The notes below the pieces were generated by a model. That model did not search any database. It had not been told where the DNA came from and was given only the letters and a program-made list of their open reading frames with translations. DNA of 60,373 nucleotides, filler included, from Squatina squatina (Eukaryota): NCBI GenBank assembly GCA_031763465.1. It is 3 parts of 3 records of this genome, joined end to end, with 100 filler letters (N's around TTAATTAATTAA, not from the genome) between each part and the next. Parts side by side here need not be neighbours in the genome. Positions count along the whole stretch, not along the records: positions 1 to 26,331 come from JARFOE010000100.1; positions 26,432 to 40,941 come from JARFOE010000176.1; 1 more part is not named here. The stretch is one strand, 5' to 3'. Below are positions 24,408 to 37,410 of the stretch, piece by piece. The translations under genes and the position numbers were made by a program. Within the stretch, counting starts at the first letter, position 1, and the number at the start of each line of letters is the position of its first letter.

Positions 24408-24557
24408 ATCCTGAGCAATACCATGGAATTCAAGTGCAGTCTGTAGCACATTCTGCCTGAACTCCAGTTGGCTGGCCTGTCGATAGCAAACATCACTGAG
24501 TTGTTGTTGCAGTGCCTTTAGTTCAAGCAAATCCTCTTCATCCCCTGCATTCAACAG
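24408..24557 (-). CDS. SESTD1: SESTD1 internal exon, 5'-truncated by gap
   Basis: [50 protein letters not shown]|gtaagc. Confidence 0.96.
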
Positions 24558-25371
24558 NNNNNNNNNNNNNNNNNNNNNNNNNNNNNNNNNNNNNNNNNNN
24601 NNNNNNNNNNNNNNNNNNNNNNNNNNNNNNNNNNNNNNNNNNNNNNNNNNNNNNNNNTTTCCACATTTATTTTTTGGAGAGTAATACTACTCTAAAGTGA
24701 TGCAAGATGACAAAGGAAGCAAAGTTCAGCACTCCTCTGACTTCACCACTGGCTGAAAATGAAAAAGTTACTGTAACATTACACTGCCTTCAGGCTTTTT
24801 GACCTTCACGAGACATTTTATTTTCAATCAGTGGTTGGCTCAGTGCATGAACTCAGCAGCGAACAGTCTTATCATCCCTCATTTTGCAGCATCATAGTGC
24901 TCCAACAGGTACTATGAGAATGGGCCAATGACTGCAAAAATTACAATACAGCTAAGTTTAAAATTAAGTTTTAACCTGAGCAATTGTCAGACACAAGGTT
25001 AAGACTCATAAGCATTCCTTGGAGTATTTATTTGATACTTTCGAATACTGCAGAGTTTTCAGTAGAATACCAATCAAGTCATTTAGCGACTGCCCTCCTG
25101 TTCCATCTATATTTAATGGGAAAATTGTGCATTGTAGAAATATGCACTTCATGCGTATTACAATAGTATGACATTTTATTCTTACAATTTATTTTAAATT
25201 CTCATTACCTTTGCAAAGTTATCTCACTCCCCTCCAAACAGAAATTATAGTTACCATTATAAATTGTAACAAAATATATTGTCGCCTTGAACTCTCTAGG
25301 ATTTTGAAACCTATTAACTAGTATGTATTAAATATGCCTACTTTGCAAACCATGCTAAAACAATCCCTTAC

Positions 25372-25494
25372 ACTGTGTTGACTTTCTATTTCCTCATGTT
25401 TCTGCTGCAAGGCTTGCGAAGCTCGAATGGAATCTCCAATTCCCCACTGGGTCCTCAGTTGCTCTGATCCAGGTCCTTCCAGCCAGTTTACCAC
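25372..25494 (-). CDS. SESTD1: SESTD1 internal exon
   Basis: [41 protein letters not shown]. cttcag| and |gtaagg. Confidence 0.96.
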
Positions 25495-26237
25495 CTGAAG
25501 TGAGAAAATATTTTTGGTAATTGACTTGAATGGCAAATCTTCATCAAGACAACATTNNNNNNNNNNNNNNNNNNNNNNNNNNNNNNNNNNNNNNNNNNNN
25601 NNNNNNNNNNNNNNNNNNNNNNNNNNNNNNNNNNNNNNNNNNNNNNNNNNNNNNNNCCCCTTGACTTGCTCACTCTTGCAATGAAGATTTTGCCAACTTC
25701 CCCTTGACTTGATCACTGTAGCTATGTCCAAAGTCCAGTGCACAAATGAGCAATTAAATGTAAGTTTCAGGTCTAACATCCCAAAATGTCCAAAATCAAA
25801 TTGGCGCCCATGATGTACACTTTATATAGGGGTGTGCTGCCTGCGACCGGCAGGGCAGCGCCACGATTTCAGGACAGTCCCAGCGCCACCCTTTGACATC
25901 GGGGGCACTGACCAATTCACCTGAACACTGAGGAAAAACAGTGCGGCGCACGGTGATGACGTCACAATCAGCATGTGCCACCGCTAATCGCGCCCTCAGC
26001 AGTAAATGCCAAAAAAATCTTTAACTTGAAAAAAAATTGGGATACCTAACAGATAATGATTCTAGAACCAGACACATTGCAGATTTTGCTTCTCATTTTC
26101 TCAGGGAATTACATGGTACAATCTGATGAGCAATGATTTAAAATATGCGGAATAGCCATATCATTACCTAATGTATATGTAAAATACTAATACTTTATGT
26201 GCTGATATTATAATATTTGTAGCTTCATAATACTAAC

Positions 26238-26331
26238 CAATCTTTTATTCAGCCAGTCTATGTGATCGTACAAAAGCGAACCTCCGAATTCTTCTGTCAC
26301 TTGGCATGGTTCTATGTAGCGTGTAAGCTTG
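26238..26331 (-). CDS. SESTD1: SESTD1 exon at the end of the SEC14 domain, truncated by scaffold end
   Basis: [31 protein letters not shown]|gttagt is similar to human [31 protein letters not shown]. Confidence 0.93.
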
Positions 26332-26375
26332 NNNNNNNNNNNNNNNNNNNNNNNNNNNNNNNNNNNNNNNNNNNN

Positions 26376-26387
26376 TTAATTAATTAA
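26376..26387. other. Artificial scaffold linker TTAATTAATTAA (stop in all six frames)
   Basis: 12-mer embedded in N runs totalling about 100 nt. An identical linker is at 40986-40997, and gene content changes locus across it. Confidence 0.95.
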
Positions 26388-26431
26388 NNNNNNNNNNNNN
26401 NNNNNNNNNNNNNNNNNNNNNNNNNNNNNNN

Positions 26432-26605
26432 GGGCGGTGGGAGCAGATTCAATAGTAACTTTCAAAAGGGGAATCGGAGAAATACTGGAAAAGGAGAAAT
26501 TCACAGGGCTGTGGGGAAAGAGCAGGGGGAGTGGGACTAATTGGAGAGCTCGTTCACAGAGCCAGCACAGGCACCGTGGGCCGAATGGCCTCATTCTATT
26601 ACTGC
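26432..26605 (+). mobile_element. CR1-like LINE 3' end
   Basis: 'gcagattcaatagtaactttcaaaagggga...gggccgaatggcctc'. The same family occurs at 28290-28525 (-), 30487-30790 (+) and 38358-38612 (-). Confidence 0.75.
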
Positions 26606-28941
26606 ATTTCAAAGTGAATTGTTGCTGCAACCCAGAACAGTTAGGCTCGGGGTTGAGCCTGATGTCTGAGGAAGGAGGAACTGAGAGACAGCCCAGGCCA
26701 TTCTTGTGGAATTCTAATGGCTGCCGAGGAACAGGAGTCAGACGTTCAGACTTTGAGCTTGTCTCGCCATTTTGATTTCCTCGGCAGCTCTATCTCCTTC
26801 ACCCCAATTCCTCCCCTCCTTACTTCCCAGTTAACTATGGTCTCCCTTGAACACCTCTTGATTCTGCCTTCTGGGCCAGCCTCTTCCACATTCTCTCAAC
26901 GCTTTCGCGCAAAGAGGTTTTCTCTTTTTCCCCCCTGCCCCCGCCCCTGCCGGATTCATTTTGTCCAAATTCGCCTTGTTGCTGTGATTTCCCCTACCAC
27001 AGGGAAGAATCATCTCTTGACGTCGTGGGTCCGAGTCCCACTCCGGAGACTTGAGCACAGAAATCTAGGTCGACACTCCCGACGCAGTGCTGAGGGAGCG
27101 GCGCACTGTCGGAGGGGCCGATTTTCAGACGACCATCTGCCCCCTCGGGTGCGAAGATATCGCCAATCGAACTATGGCTGACGCCGACAGTCACTGTATT
27201 TTAACAAGTTAATTCACTGCGAAGCGGTCAGCGACCAAGCACGGGGACTTGTAATACACATTTCCCTCCTTGCCCTTGAGTAAACTGAGATGAGCGCGGA
27301 GGCAGGAATTCATTCCTTGGGCCTCTCTGGGTGCTCGTCCTGCTGTAACACTCGGCATGTTTAATCGTTTCTCGTTTATTTTTGTAACTAGAANNNNNNN
27401 NNNNNNNNNNNNNNNNNNNNNNNNNNNNNNNNNNNNNNNNNNNNNNNNNNNNNNNNNNNNNNNNNNNNNNNNNNNNNNNNNNNNNNNNNNNNNTGCATCA
27501 ACCGTAAGACTTATATGGACAATTGCTGGCCAGTCACTGGACAAATAGCCCAACTCTGCGCCAGCGATTGCTTTTTCGGACCAGTCTCGGATGACCGGTC
27601 AACACATATGTTAACAGGCCACAAATTCCAGATTTCCCGTATGCGGAAATCCGGAGTTTGCGGGGCATTTCAAAGGGATTATGATGGTATACTCAGAGTA
27701 TGCCATATCAGGCACCACAATTTCAGGGCCTCTAAATCACTTCAGAAATAAATTCAAGAAGCATAATGGGTTACGCCCCTACGCACGCAATACCATTCTC
27801 TTCAATTTCTTAGTCATGTGTTTGGAAGGGTGAGAAGAGAATCGCCACAAACATACCAATGTTCTTCATAACATTTTGCACAAATCTGTTGAGATGAATT
27901 CATCTCTAAGCCTTATATAGACGAGCCAAGATAAATTATATTTTAATTCTGCAACTGCAGTTAGTCTCATACCATTACAATTTCACTTTTGTTCAGCCTT
28001 GCTGATATTTTCACCTGAAATCCCTGATGGAACTGGGGAGTAGGAGAGCCTGATTAATGGTGGGGTTACAGCATTGGCGAACTGATGCAGTGGGACGCTA
28101 GAATGGTGAGGTGAGCGGGCAGTTCACTGTCCAGCTACCTCAAGATCCCAGGCCATTGAGGAGGGAGGATGCGATACTTTCCCATCTCCTGTCTGCGCTG
28201 GCAATGGAGATGGCCTTGGTGCAAGAGACGTTTCTACAGTTTCATCTGGGAAGTAGGGTTGCCACCCCTTCAGGATTGCCCTGAAGGCCTGCAAATTTTC
28301 TCCCCTTCAAAGTATTTCTCCAATTCCCCTTTTGAAAGTTACTATTGAATCTGCTTCCACCGCCCTTTCAGGCAGCGCGTTCCAGATCACAACNNNNNNN
28401 NNNNNNNNNNNNNNNNNNNNNNNNNNNNNNNNNNNNNNNNNNNNNNNNNNNNNNNNNNNNNNNNNNNNNNNNNNNNNNNNNNNNNNNNNNNNNCTGCCCT
28501 TTCAGGCAGCACATTCCAGATCACAACAATACAGAAGATGAATGTCCCCTTATTGTCCTTCATTTGCATTTCGATCTCTTCTTGCAGACGGTTAGCTGGA
28601 AGTTGTACACATTGGTGACTGGATGAAAACATGCTGGACTCGAATGTGATCTTTGTGTGTGATGGTGTAAAATGGGTGAGAGCAAATAGGCAGACACATA
28701 GTTTCACACCTGTCCCGAGTTGGATTTCCATTGAGGTTAATGGAGAGATGATGAACTATCTGCCGATTGACCATAGCCTGTTCCACACCATCACACAGAG
28801 GCAAGATCGGTCGCGCGCCTCCTCGATTCACTGAACATATTTTCATTTCCTTCAGTGAGTGAAATGGTTGACTCTGCTTATCCAAGCTGACCTTGGATTG
28901 CTACTAACATAACTGTGATTGCATTTCCCCTCACCATACAG

Positions 28942-29061
28942 TACTCTCCGGAAGAAACACTGGAATATGACTATGACTATAGTGATGGAGACTTTGTAGA
29001 ATTTGACTATCAGCCAGCTGAGGAAAAGTCAACATTGGAGGGGACAGAATTCCCAACTGAG
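28942..29061 (+). CDS. COL11A1: Collagen XI alpha-1 variable-region exon 6A (acidic)
   Basis: YSPEETLEYDYDYSDGDF...EFPTE is similar to human YAPEDIIEYDYEYGEAEY...AQTE. atacag| and |gtaaca, 120 nt, phase 0-0. Confidence 0.85.
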
Positions 29062-29436
29062 GTAACATGGAGCCCAGATCCGAATCTCCAGCATGGTCTG
29101 TTGTCCTTGTCCACCCAGTCCTGACTGTCACTCATCCTCTCCATCATTCTCTTGTCATTGCTTCATCAGACTTGTCATTCACTGTTTCTTCATAGCAACG
29201 CCTTTCTCTCCCTCCCTCCATTTCCCTCAATCCCTCAGTTATTCCCTCCCTTCCTTTCCCTCAATCCCTCCCTCACTCTCTCCACCAATCATCATTTTTT
29301 ATAGTCGAGAAGGCCGGAAGGGTTTGGAAATGCAGACTGAGTGTCCTCACTGTCTGCCGTTGGTGCTTCTTTCCCTCCGTTTTCCTGTCATCATTATTTA
29401 TGCTTTTTCCATTCCATCTCTCACCACATTTTTCAG

Positions 29437-29598
29437 AAAAAGAAATCCATTTCATTCATCAAAAAGAAGGATGCTGGGCAAACTAAAACTAAGAACATGG
29501 CGGCAAAGATTACTTCCAAAATCACATTTACAGCAATGAAGAGGAAGCAAGACTTGTCCAGCCACCAAACTTCTCCAAAACTCAAGATTGGGCCAAAG
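29437..29598 (+). CDS. COL11A1: Collagen XI alpha-1 variable-region exon 6B (basic)
   Basis: KKKSISFIKKKDAGQTKTK...PKLKIGPK is similar to human KKKSNFKKKM...KAKLGVK. tttcag| and |gtagca, 162 nt, phase 0-0. Confidence 0.82.
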
Positions 29599-31941
29599 GT
29601 AGCAAAAATGATCAAGATCTTCCCAAAAGTCAAGGCTGGAAGATCTCTGATGATAGACCTCAATGACCCTTAACCACCATCCCCCCCCCCCCCCCNNNNN
29701 NNNNNNNNNNNNNNNNNNNNNNNNNNNNNNNNNNNNNNNNNNNNNNNNNNNNNNNNNNNNNNNNNNNNNNNNNNNNNNNNNNNNNNNNNNNNNNNTCAAT
29801 CATCACAAGTGTGACTGGTGATGTAGTGATCCACAGGTGGGGTGGGCGGGGGCGGGTGGGTAGGGGGGTGTGTGCGGTGGTAGGCATTGGGGGCATTCAG
29901 CCGAGCCCTATCCTGTCCACAACTGACAGCCGGTAGGACTGCCTGGAGAGTGATCAGGAGTGGGAGCCATCGCTGTTCCTTTGCTTCCTGACTCAGGGAG
30001 AAGAAAACTCTTTTTTTTAATATCACGTTGACAGGTTGCCTGATTTGTGCCATTTGAATGGCTTTGCTAGCCTCTAATTGGGATGTCAACCATACATTGG
30101 ACACATGTCCCAAATGCTGTGTATTCTGTTTATCAGGCAGCACTGGCTGAAACAGGTCGAGAGATAAAGAACGTTTGAAAAAAGACTGGGCAAAAATAAA
30201 CACCATCCCTTTCAGGATTAGGGAAGGTAAAATAATGTTCAAAGGTTACAGCTTGGTTTGGCGAACATTCGGTGCAGCTCCGAGCTATTAGGAGCAGGGA
30301 GGTCCAAAATCCGATCGCTGGATCCGTGTTGATCTGATCACAATCTGGCGGCTTCCCTGGAGACATCGGATGAGGCTCAGGCTGTGGTCTCTGCCGTCTC
30401 CACTGTCGAACAGGTCACCCACACCCACACCCACTGTTCTGGTGCCACGTGAGGAGCGGCCACTCGTCTGAGCTGCCAGAGAATAGCACAATGTAAGATA
30501 GTGCGGTCAGTAAGCAGAGGACACAGACTTAAGAAAATCGGCAAAAGAATCAGAGGGGGCGATGAGGAGAAATGTTTTTACGCAGCGAGTTGTTGTGATC
30601 TGGAACGCGCTGCCTGAAAGGCAGCAGATTCAGCAGTAGTCTTCAAAAAGGAATTGGATCAATACTTAAAAAGGAAAACAAATTGCGAGGGTATGGGGAA
30701 AGAGCAGGAGGGCAAGTGGGAATAAGTGGATAGCTCCGGCACAGACAAGATGGGCCGAATGGTCTCCTTCTGTGCTGTATAATTGTATGTATGAAATCTA
30801 CATTAGGAGGAAACAAGATATCATTTCTTATGCAATGCAGTTGAGACTTGTGGGAGCGCACACACCAAAATCACACAGAGGGAACGGTGATGCCTGTATG
30901 AGACCAGTATTCTACATTATATTAAAAATAGAATTGAAACCATATGGCGTCTCTATTTATGCTTTGAACTCATGCATCTGCCAAGTCTAAAAAGACCAGA
31001 TTTATGATCTGAACAAATCTATTAATAGGGACACAACTGGAACTATTAAATGCTGTTCCTCTTGCTGCTAGTTGCCTGCCCTGGTTTGAGTCAGTGCAGC
31101 CTCCATATATTTTCAAGTGGGAGCAGGCCCACAGCATGAAAAATGCCCATAAGTTGGCACGGAATCGGTGAGCTCATTTAGAGAGGGTACAAGTTTGGTT
31201 GGTGCTCTGTTAAAGTTAGAGTTGAGACACAAGGTTCGGAACGTGAAAAAGGAGCTTATCTTTGCATCTGGCCCTTACCGTGCTGACCATGGGGTGAATG
31301 ATGTGCTTCCCAGGTCAAGGATGACAGCCCTGGGCATTGGACAGTTTGTCCACTTTACTGTATTCGAGCACTTCCAGCTCAGGTACAGCACAATTTGGAA
31401 GAAATGTAAAACTCCGCTCTGCATTGTGCCAGCTGTGGTTCACTGGGTGATACCTCGTCTCTGGGTCAGAAGGTTGTGGGTTGAAGTCTGTTATGTACTG
31501 AGAATAGGTTTTGACTTTATGCAAGGTCTCAGGACCAAGGTTGTGACTTTGCTAGGTACACCTACGGCAACTCCAGTGGGTGCAGTATAAAGCCAGGTGA
31601 TTCCTGTAAGCCCACCTCTTTCTCTGCCATTCTCTTTGACTCTCTTCCTCCAGAGACTCCTGGAGCTCACCTGAGCCAGGAGCCCTGCTGGAGTCAGAAC
31701 CGGCTACTTGATGTGANNNNNNNNNNNNNNNNNNNNNNNNNNNNNNNNNNNNNNNNNNNNNNNNNNNNNNNNNNNNNNNNNNNNNNNNNNNNNNNNNNNN
31801 NNNNNNNNNNNNNNNNGTCTCCATGTACCTTGGTTAGACCACACTTGGAGCACTGTGCACAGTTCTGGTCTCGATATACCTTGGATTCTAGGATCCTCTT
31901 CGATGATGAGTTTGTAAACACTTGTTCCATTGTTTTTTCAG

Positions 31942-32088
31942 CGGAGGAAAGGTTTGGAAAAGACGGTGCTTGAGATTAACACCCCCAAAGTGGACCAAGT
32001 TCCAATCATCGACTTGTTGGTGAGTGACTTTGGCGATACCAGCCAGAAGTTTGGATTCGAAGTTGGTCCTGTGTGTTTCCTGGGCTAA
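31942..32088 (+). CDS. COL11A1: Collagen XI alpha-1 terminal exon (end of the COLFI C-propeptide)
   Basis: [48 protein letters not shown]. tttcag| acceptor. Not in the ORF track. Confidence 0.93.
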   Translation, partial: RRKGLEKTVLEINTPKVDQVPIIDLLVSDFGDTSQKFGFEVGPVCFLG

Positions 32089-32583
32089 GAGACTGAGGGC
32101 GTTACCGGCCGGGCAAACGGATACCTCATTCCACCCAAACCACCGCAGGACACCTGCAAGTTTTGAACCTGGATGGAGTAGAAATTCTGTCTCACCGTGT
32201 ATGTACGTATTATTATCTAGAAATTACTTAATGCCCTTGTGGGGCCAGAATCACATGACTTAAACCTATTATGGCAAACCTAGAAGGACTTCAGATGGCG
32301 TTGAATTTTATCGGTGCGGAGGGGAACAGCACGAGGTCTTACCCTAAGGTAGGATTTACCTGGATATCATCAGTGCTACTCACGGTGCCCCCTCACATCG
32401 CAAAGGTGCTAAGAAGGTGTATTTTAATGAACTGTAATTATTCTATTGTAAAATACTATTATATCTGTCTCCACTTTCAGAGCTTGCGAGTGTCTATCTA
32501 GCTGCCCTATTTTTTTAAAGTGCCATTTTCAACTTCTTTTTGGAAAATTGATAAAAAAACTGTGTAACAAAGTAAAAAACCTA

Positions 32584-32589
32584 AATAAA
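32584..32589 (+). terminator. Candidate COL11A1 polyadenylation signal
   Basis: AATAAA about 500 nt after the stop, at the end of an AT-rich 3'UTR-like stretch. Confidence 0.5.
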
Positions 32590-34154
32590 CTGTTAGCCTC
32601 TTGTGAATGAGCCACTTTCTTTCCTGGGATTGTCACCGTGTGATCCGCTCAGGGGCTGCGCTTTGCCTTTGGCTTGAGGTTAGGACCCCCGATCACCAGA
32701 GGGCACAGGGGCACTGGAGTGCTGCCAATTCGATCGCTCCATCAAAGAGCCGTCATGGGCACAACGGGCCGAACGGCCTCTTTCTGTGCCGTCTAACTCG
32801 GTTTATGATGTTGGTGTGTCTCCTCTCACAGCGAAGGTGCAAAATTACTGTGTGATGGTGCTATATTTATAAGTTATAAGTTTGAAGTGCACACGGTGTG
32901 ACGTGGAGTCAAAGGCACTCGCAGAATCTGCCAATGGGTGTCGACCACAGTTGGCGAGATGAGGCCACTTTCCCTGGTGCACTCTCAATGGGTTTGCCCC
33001 CTGGCTGCATCGCCTTGGACTCTTGCTGTGCTCCTCCCCCACAATGGTCAATCCCAGCCTCTCTGCTTTGTGTGTCCAGCTCTGCTTTTGCTGCGAAATT
33101 GGTTCTCGAGCGGTTGTAACCCGAGATCAGTGCAATATTGTAGATGCCTCGAAGGAGGTGGTGACAGAGAACCTGAGAATAAGGCCGATGGCTACTCTCA
33201 CGAGCAGTGCTAACCCCTCATTGCCCATTTGCTACAGGTGTCGTTCCAGTAGGTGACACAGTTATGTCACAGTAGGTGTGCCTTTACCTGTAAATGTGAG
33301 GTGTGAGGGTACTCCAAGGTAGACATGTGCATCTTCTGGCCTCGCTGGTATTCCTTTGATGCTTTGCTTCAGCCAAAAATCTAAATAAGATTGGATTCCC
33401 AGAGGGCAACCCATTATGCCAATATTGTGAATGTTCTGAGTACATTGGAAAAAGAAGCAAAAACTCAATCACAAACTGTTAAAAGCAGAATTGTAATCAA
33501 TGTGTGCTTGCAATTATGTTGCCCATAATATTTCTTCCTATTTTTGTTATTTTTGAGCTTTAGTTGTCCCAGGAAATATTGCACAATGCTTTTATAAAAG
33601 GCCAATGTTTAGACCTATTGAATCAGTAATGTTTTCTGGAAATTGGAATTACACATGTGATCAGAAAAACACAATTTAATTCAGACCAGAACAATAATTT
33701 AGCATATAGAGAAATGGTTATTCATATCAAGTATACAGCTATCTATATTAAAACATTTAAAACTATGTAAATAGTTCCTATGGAGATTCCCATGTTAAAA
33801 TGTGCACACTTGTGTGCTGCATTTCCACGTGATGCTCGCAGGTGGAGCTCTGGTCGGAGTTTCAAGTTAGTTGAATGACTTACCTGTCATGGCTTCCGGT
33901 TAGCACTCGAATACAGCTTGCATTTTCTGAATGGTGTTATTTTAACCCCGACAGTGATCCTTTCAAAATTACTGCTGGCATTAAAATAACACCAAACAGA
34001 AAATGTAGACTTCAGTGTTACATGGTATAAAATGAAATATCCTCCAACTAACTGNNNNNNNNNNNNNNNNNNNNNNNNNNNNNNNNNNNNNNNNNNNNNN
34101 NNNNNNNNNNNNNNNNNNNNNNNNNNNNNNNNNNNNNNNNNNNNNNNNNNNNNN

Positions 34155-34430
34155 CCTTTACTGGTTCTTGCTTTAGTGCTCACCGTCTCTCCCAATTCTT
34201 TGAGCCCTTTGTTTCTCCTTTCGAATGCTACATCCTGGTCCCCATCCCCCTGCCAAATTAGTTTAAACCCTCCCGAACAGCATGAGCAAACCTTCCCCCC
34301 CCGCCCCCCGAGGATATTGATAAGGCCTCTGTTGAGGTGTAACCCATCTGACTTGTCCAGGTCCCGCCTCCCCCAGAACCAGGCCGAACATTGCAGGAAT
34401 CTGAAGCCCTCCATCCTGCACCGGCTGCCA
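34155..34430 (-). mobile_element. CR1 LINE ORF1 (SGNH esterase) C-terminal fragment
   Basis: EGFRFL...FWGRRDL...DGLHLN...GFKLIWQGDG. Confidence 0.85.
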
Positions 34431-34861
34431 GTTTTTCCTACTCACTTAATCTATCAATGTTCCTCAGCAACTTTCTGCTCCTGTCTACATTATATACACT
34501 GCAACCTAAGGTGATGTCGTCAGCAAATGTGGAAATATCGCTCTCTGTCGCTGCGTCTAACTCATTAATATATATGGCTCCATTAGCCGGGTAACCTTTA
34601 AATGTCAAATGATCAGCAAGACTTAGCGATGAGCTAAAGTGGCAGCTTTTATAGTGAGCCAGTGGCTGTGGTTAATTAAACCACATCTCTCCCCATGCCC
34701 GCCTGCTGAGCACCGTGTGGTGGTTACACCATCAATGTTATGTAATGTGGGGGCTTGAAATNNNNNNNNNNNNNNNNNNNNNNNNNNNNNNNNNNNNNNN
34801 NNNNNNNNNNNNNNNNNNNNNNNNNNNNNNNNNNNNNNNNNNNNNNNNNNNNNNNNNNNNN

Positions 34862-37310
34862 CTATGCTCCTATGTTCCTATGTTCCTGTGTTCCTATGCA
34901 CCTGTGTTCCTATGCTCCTATGCTCCTGTGTTCCTATGCTCCTGTGTCCCTATGCTCTTGTGTTCCTGTGTTCCTATGTTCCTGTGTTGCTGTGTTCCTA
35001 TATTTATCTGTTCCCGTGTTCCTGTGTTCCTATGTTCCTGTGCTCCTATGCTCCTGTGTTCCTATGCTCCTGTGTCCCTATGCTCCTGTGTTCCTGTGTT
35101 CCTATGTTCCTGTGTTGCTGTGCACCTATATATGCATCTCTTCCTGTGTTCCTGTGTTCCTATGTTCCTGTGCTCCTATGCTCCTGTGTTCCTGTGTTCC
35201 TATGCTCCTGTGTTCCTGTGTTCCTATGTTCCTATGTTCCTGGTTTCCTATGCTCCTGTGTTTCTATGCTTCTGTCTTCGTGTGTCCCTATGCTCCTATG
35301 CTCCTGTGTTGCTGTGTTCCTATGTTCCTGTGTTCCTATGTTCATCTCTTCCTGTGATCCTGTTTTCCTATGTTCCTGTGTTCCTATGTTCTATGTTCAT
35401 CTCTTCCTGTGTTCCTATGTTCCTGTGCTCCAATGTTCCTATGCTTCTGTGGTCCTGTGTCCCTATGCTCCTATTGTCCTTTTTTCCTATGCTCCTGTGT
35501 TCCTGTGTCCCTATGTTCCTATGCTCCTATTTTCCTATGTTCCTATGCTCCTGTGTTCCTGTGTCCCTATGCTCCTATGTTCCTATGCTCCTGTGTTCCT
35601 ATGTCCCTATGCTCCTATTTTCCTCTGTTCCTATGTTCCTGTGTTCCTGTGTTCCTATGTTGCTGTGTTCCTAGGTTCCTATGCTCCTGTGTTCCTATGT
35701 TCCTATGCTCCTGAGTTCCTATGTTCCTATGCTCCTGTGTTCCTGTGTCCCTATGCTCCTATGCTCCTATGTTCCTGTGTTCCCATGTTTCTGTGTTCCT
35801 ACGCTCCTGTGTTCCTATGCTCCTGTGTTCCTGTGTTCCTATGCTCCTGTGTTCCTGTGTCCTTATGCTCCTATGCTCCTACATTCCTGTGTTCCTATGT
35901 TTCTGTGTTCCTACGCTCCTGTGTTCCTGTGTTCCTATGTTCCTATGCTCCTATGTTCCTATGTTCCTGTGTTCCTATGCACCTGTGTTCCTATGCTCCT
36001 ATGCTCCTGTGTTCCTATGTTCCTGTGTACCTATGCTCCTGTGTTCCTGTGTCCCTATGCTCCTATGTTCCTGTGTTCCTCTGTTCCTCTGTTCCTGTGT
36101 TCCCATGTTCCCATGTTCTTGTGTTATTATGTTCCTGTTTACCTATGTCCGTGTCCCAATCTTCTACTGTTCCCATGCTCCTATGATCCTATGATCCTAT
36201 GATCCGATCCTGTGTTCCTGTGTTCTTTTGTTCCTGTGTCCCTATGCTCCTATGCTCCTGTGTTCCTGTGCTCCTATGATCCTGTGCTCCTGTGTTCCTA
36301 TGTTCCTGTGTTGCTATGTTCCTATGCTCGTGTGTACCTATGTTCCTATGTTCCTGTGTTCCTATGTTCCTATGTTCCTGTTTTCCTATGCTCCTGTGTT
36401 CCTATGCTCCTGTGTTCCTGTGTCCCTATGCTCCTATGCTCCTGAGTTGCTGTGTCCCTGTGTTCCTATGCTCCTGTGTTCCTATTTTCCTGTGTTTCTA
36501 TGTTCATCTCTTCCCGTGATCCTGTGTTCCTATGTTCCTGTGTTCCTATGTTCATCTCTTCCCATGTTCCTATGTTCCTGTGCTCCTATGTTCCTATGCT
36601 CCTGTGTTCCTATGCTCCTGTGGTCCTGTGTCCCTATGGTCCTATTATCCTTTTTTCCTATGCTCCTGTGTTCCTGTGTCCCTGTGTTCCTATGTTCCTA
36701 TACTCCTATTTTCCTATGTTCCTATGCTCCTATGTTCCTATGCTCCTGTGTTCCCATGTTCCTATGCTCCTGTGTTCCTATGTTCCTATGCTCCTATGCT
36801 CCAGTGTTCCTGTGTCCCTATGCTCCTATTTTCCTATGTTCCTATGTTCCTATGTTCCTGTGTTCCTATGTTCCTATGCTCCTATGTTCCTATGTTCCTG
36901 TGTTCCTATGCTCCGGTGTTCCTGTGTTCCTATGTTCCTCTGCTCCTATGTTCCTATGTTCCTGTGTTCCTATGCTCCTGTGTCCCTATGCTCCTGTGTT
37001 CCTGTGTTCCTGTGTTGCTGTGCACCTATATATGCATCTCTTCCCGTGTTCCTGTGTTCCTATGTTCCTGTGCTCCTATGCTCCTGTGTTCCTGTGTTCC
37101 TATGCTCCTGTGTTCCTATGTTCCTATGTTCCTGGTTTCCTATGCTCCTGTGTTCCTATGCTTCTGTCTTCGTGTGTCCCTATGCTCCTATGCTCCTGTG
37201 TTGCTGTGTTCCTAAGTTCCTGTGTTCCTATGTTCATCTCTTCCTGTGATCCTGTGTTCCTATGTTCCTGTGTTCCTATGTTCATCTCTTCCTGTGTTCC
37301 TATGTTCCTG
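34862..37310. repeat. Octamer tandem satellite, consensus TCCT(A/G)TG(T/C), with higher-order duplications
   Basis: About 300 degenerate 8-bp units. It explains all the overlapping C/S/Y/V/P/M/F/L-rich ORFs. Confidence 0.97.
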
Positions 37311-37410
37311 NNNNNNNNNNNNNNNNNNNNNNNNNNNNNNNNNNNNNNNNNNNNNNNNNNNNNNNNNNNNNNNNNNNNNNNNNNNNNNNNNNNNNNNNNN
37401 NNNNNNNNNN

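Noticed and set aside
29839-29868. G-quadruplex-capable G runs (also 55231-55292)
   Set aside because: These are common low-complexity tracts near contig ends, with no functional context.
29599-31941. Apparent loss of all COL11A1 triple-helix exons
   Set aside because: The region spans placeholder 100-N gaps, so missing contigs explain it.
33884-33975. Minus-strand 'VLTGSHD' WD40-like peptide ending at a consensus donor CAG|gtaagt
   Set aside because: There is an in-frame stop 18 codons upstream, no partner exons, and it is antisense to the locus. Likely chance.
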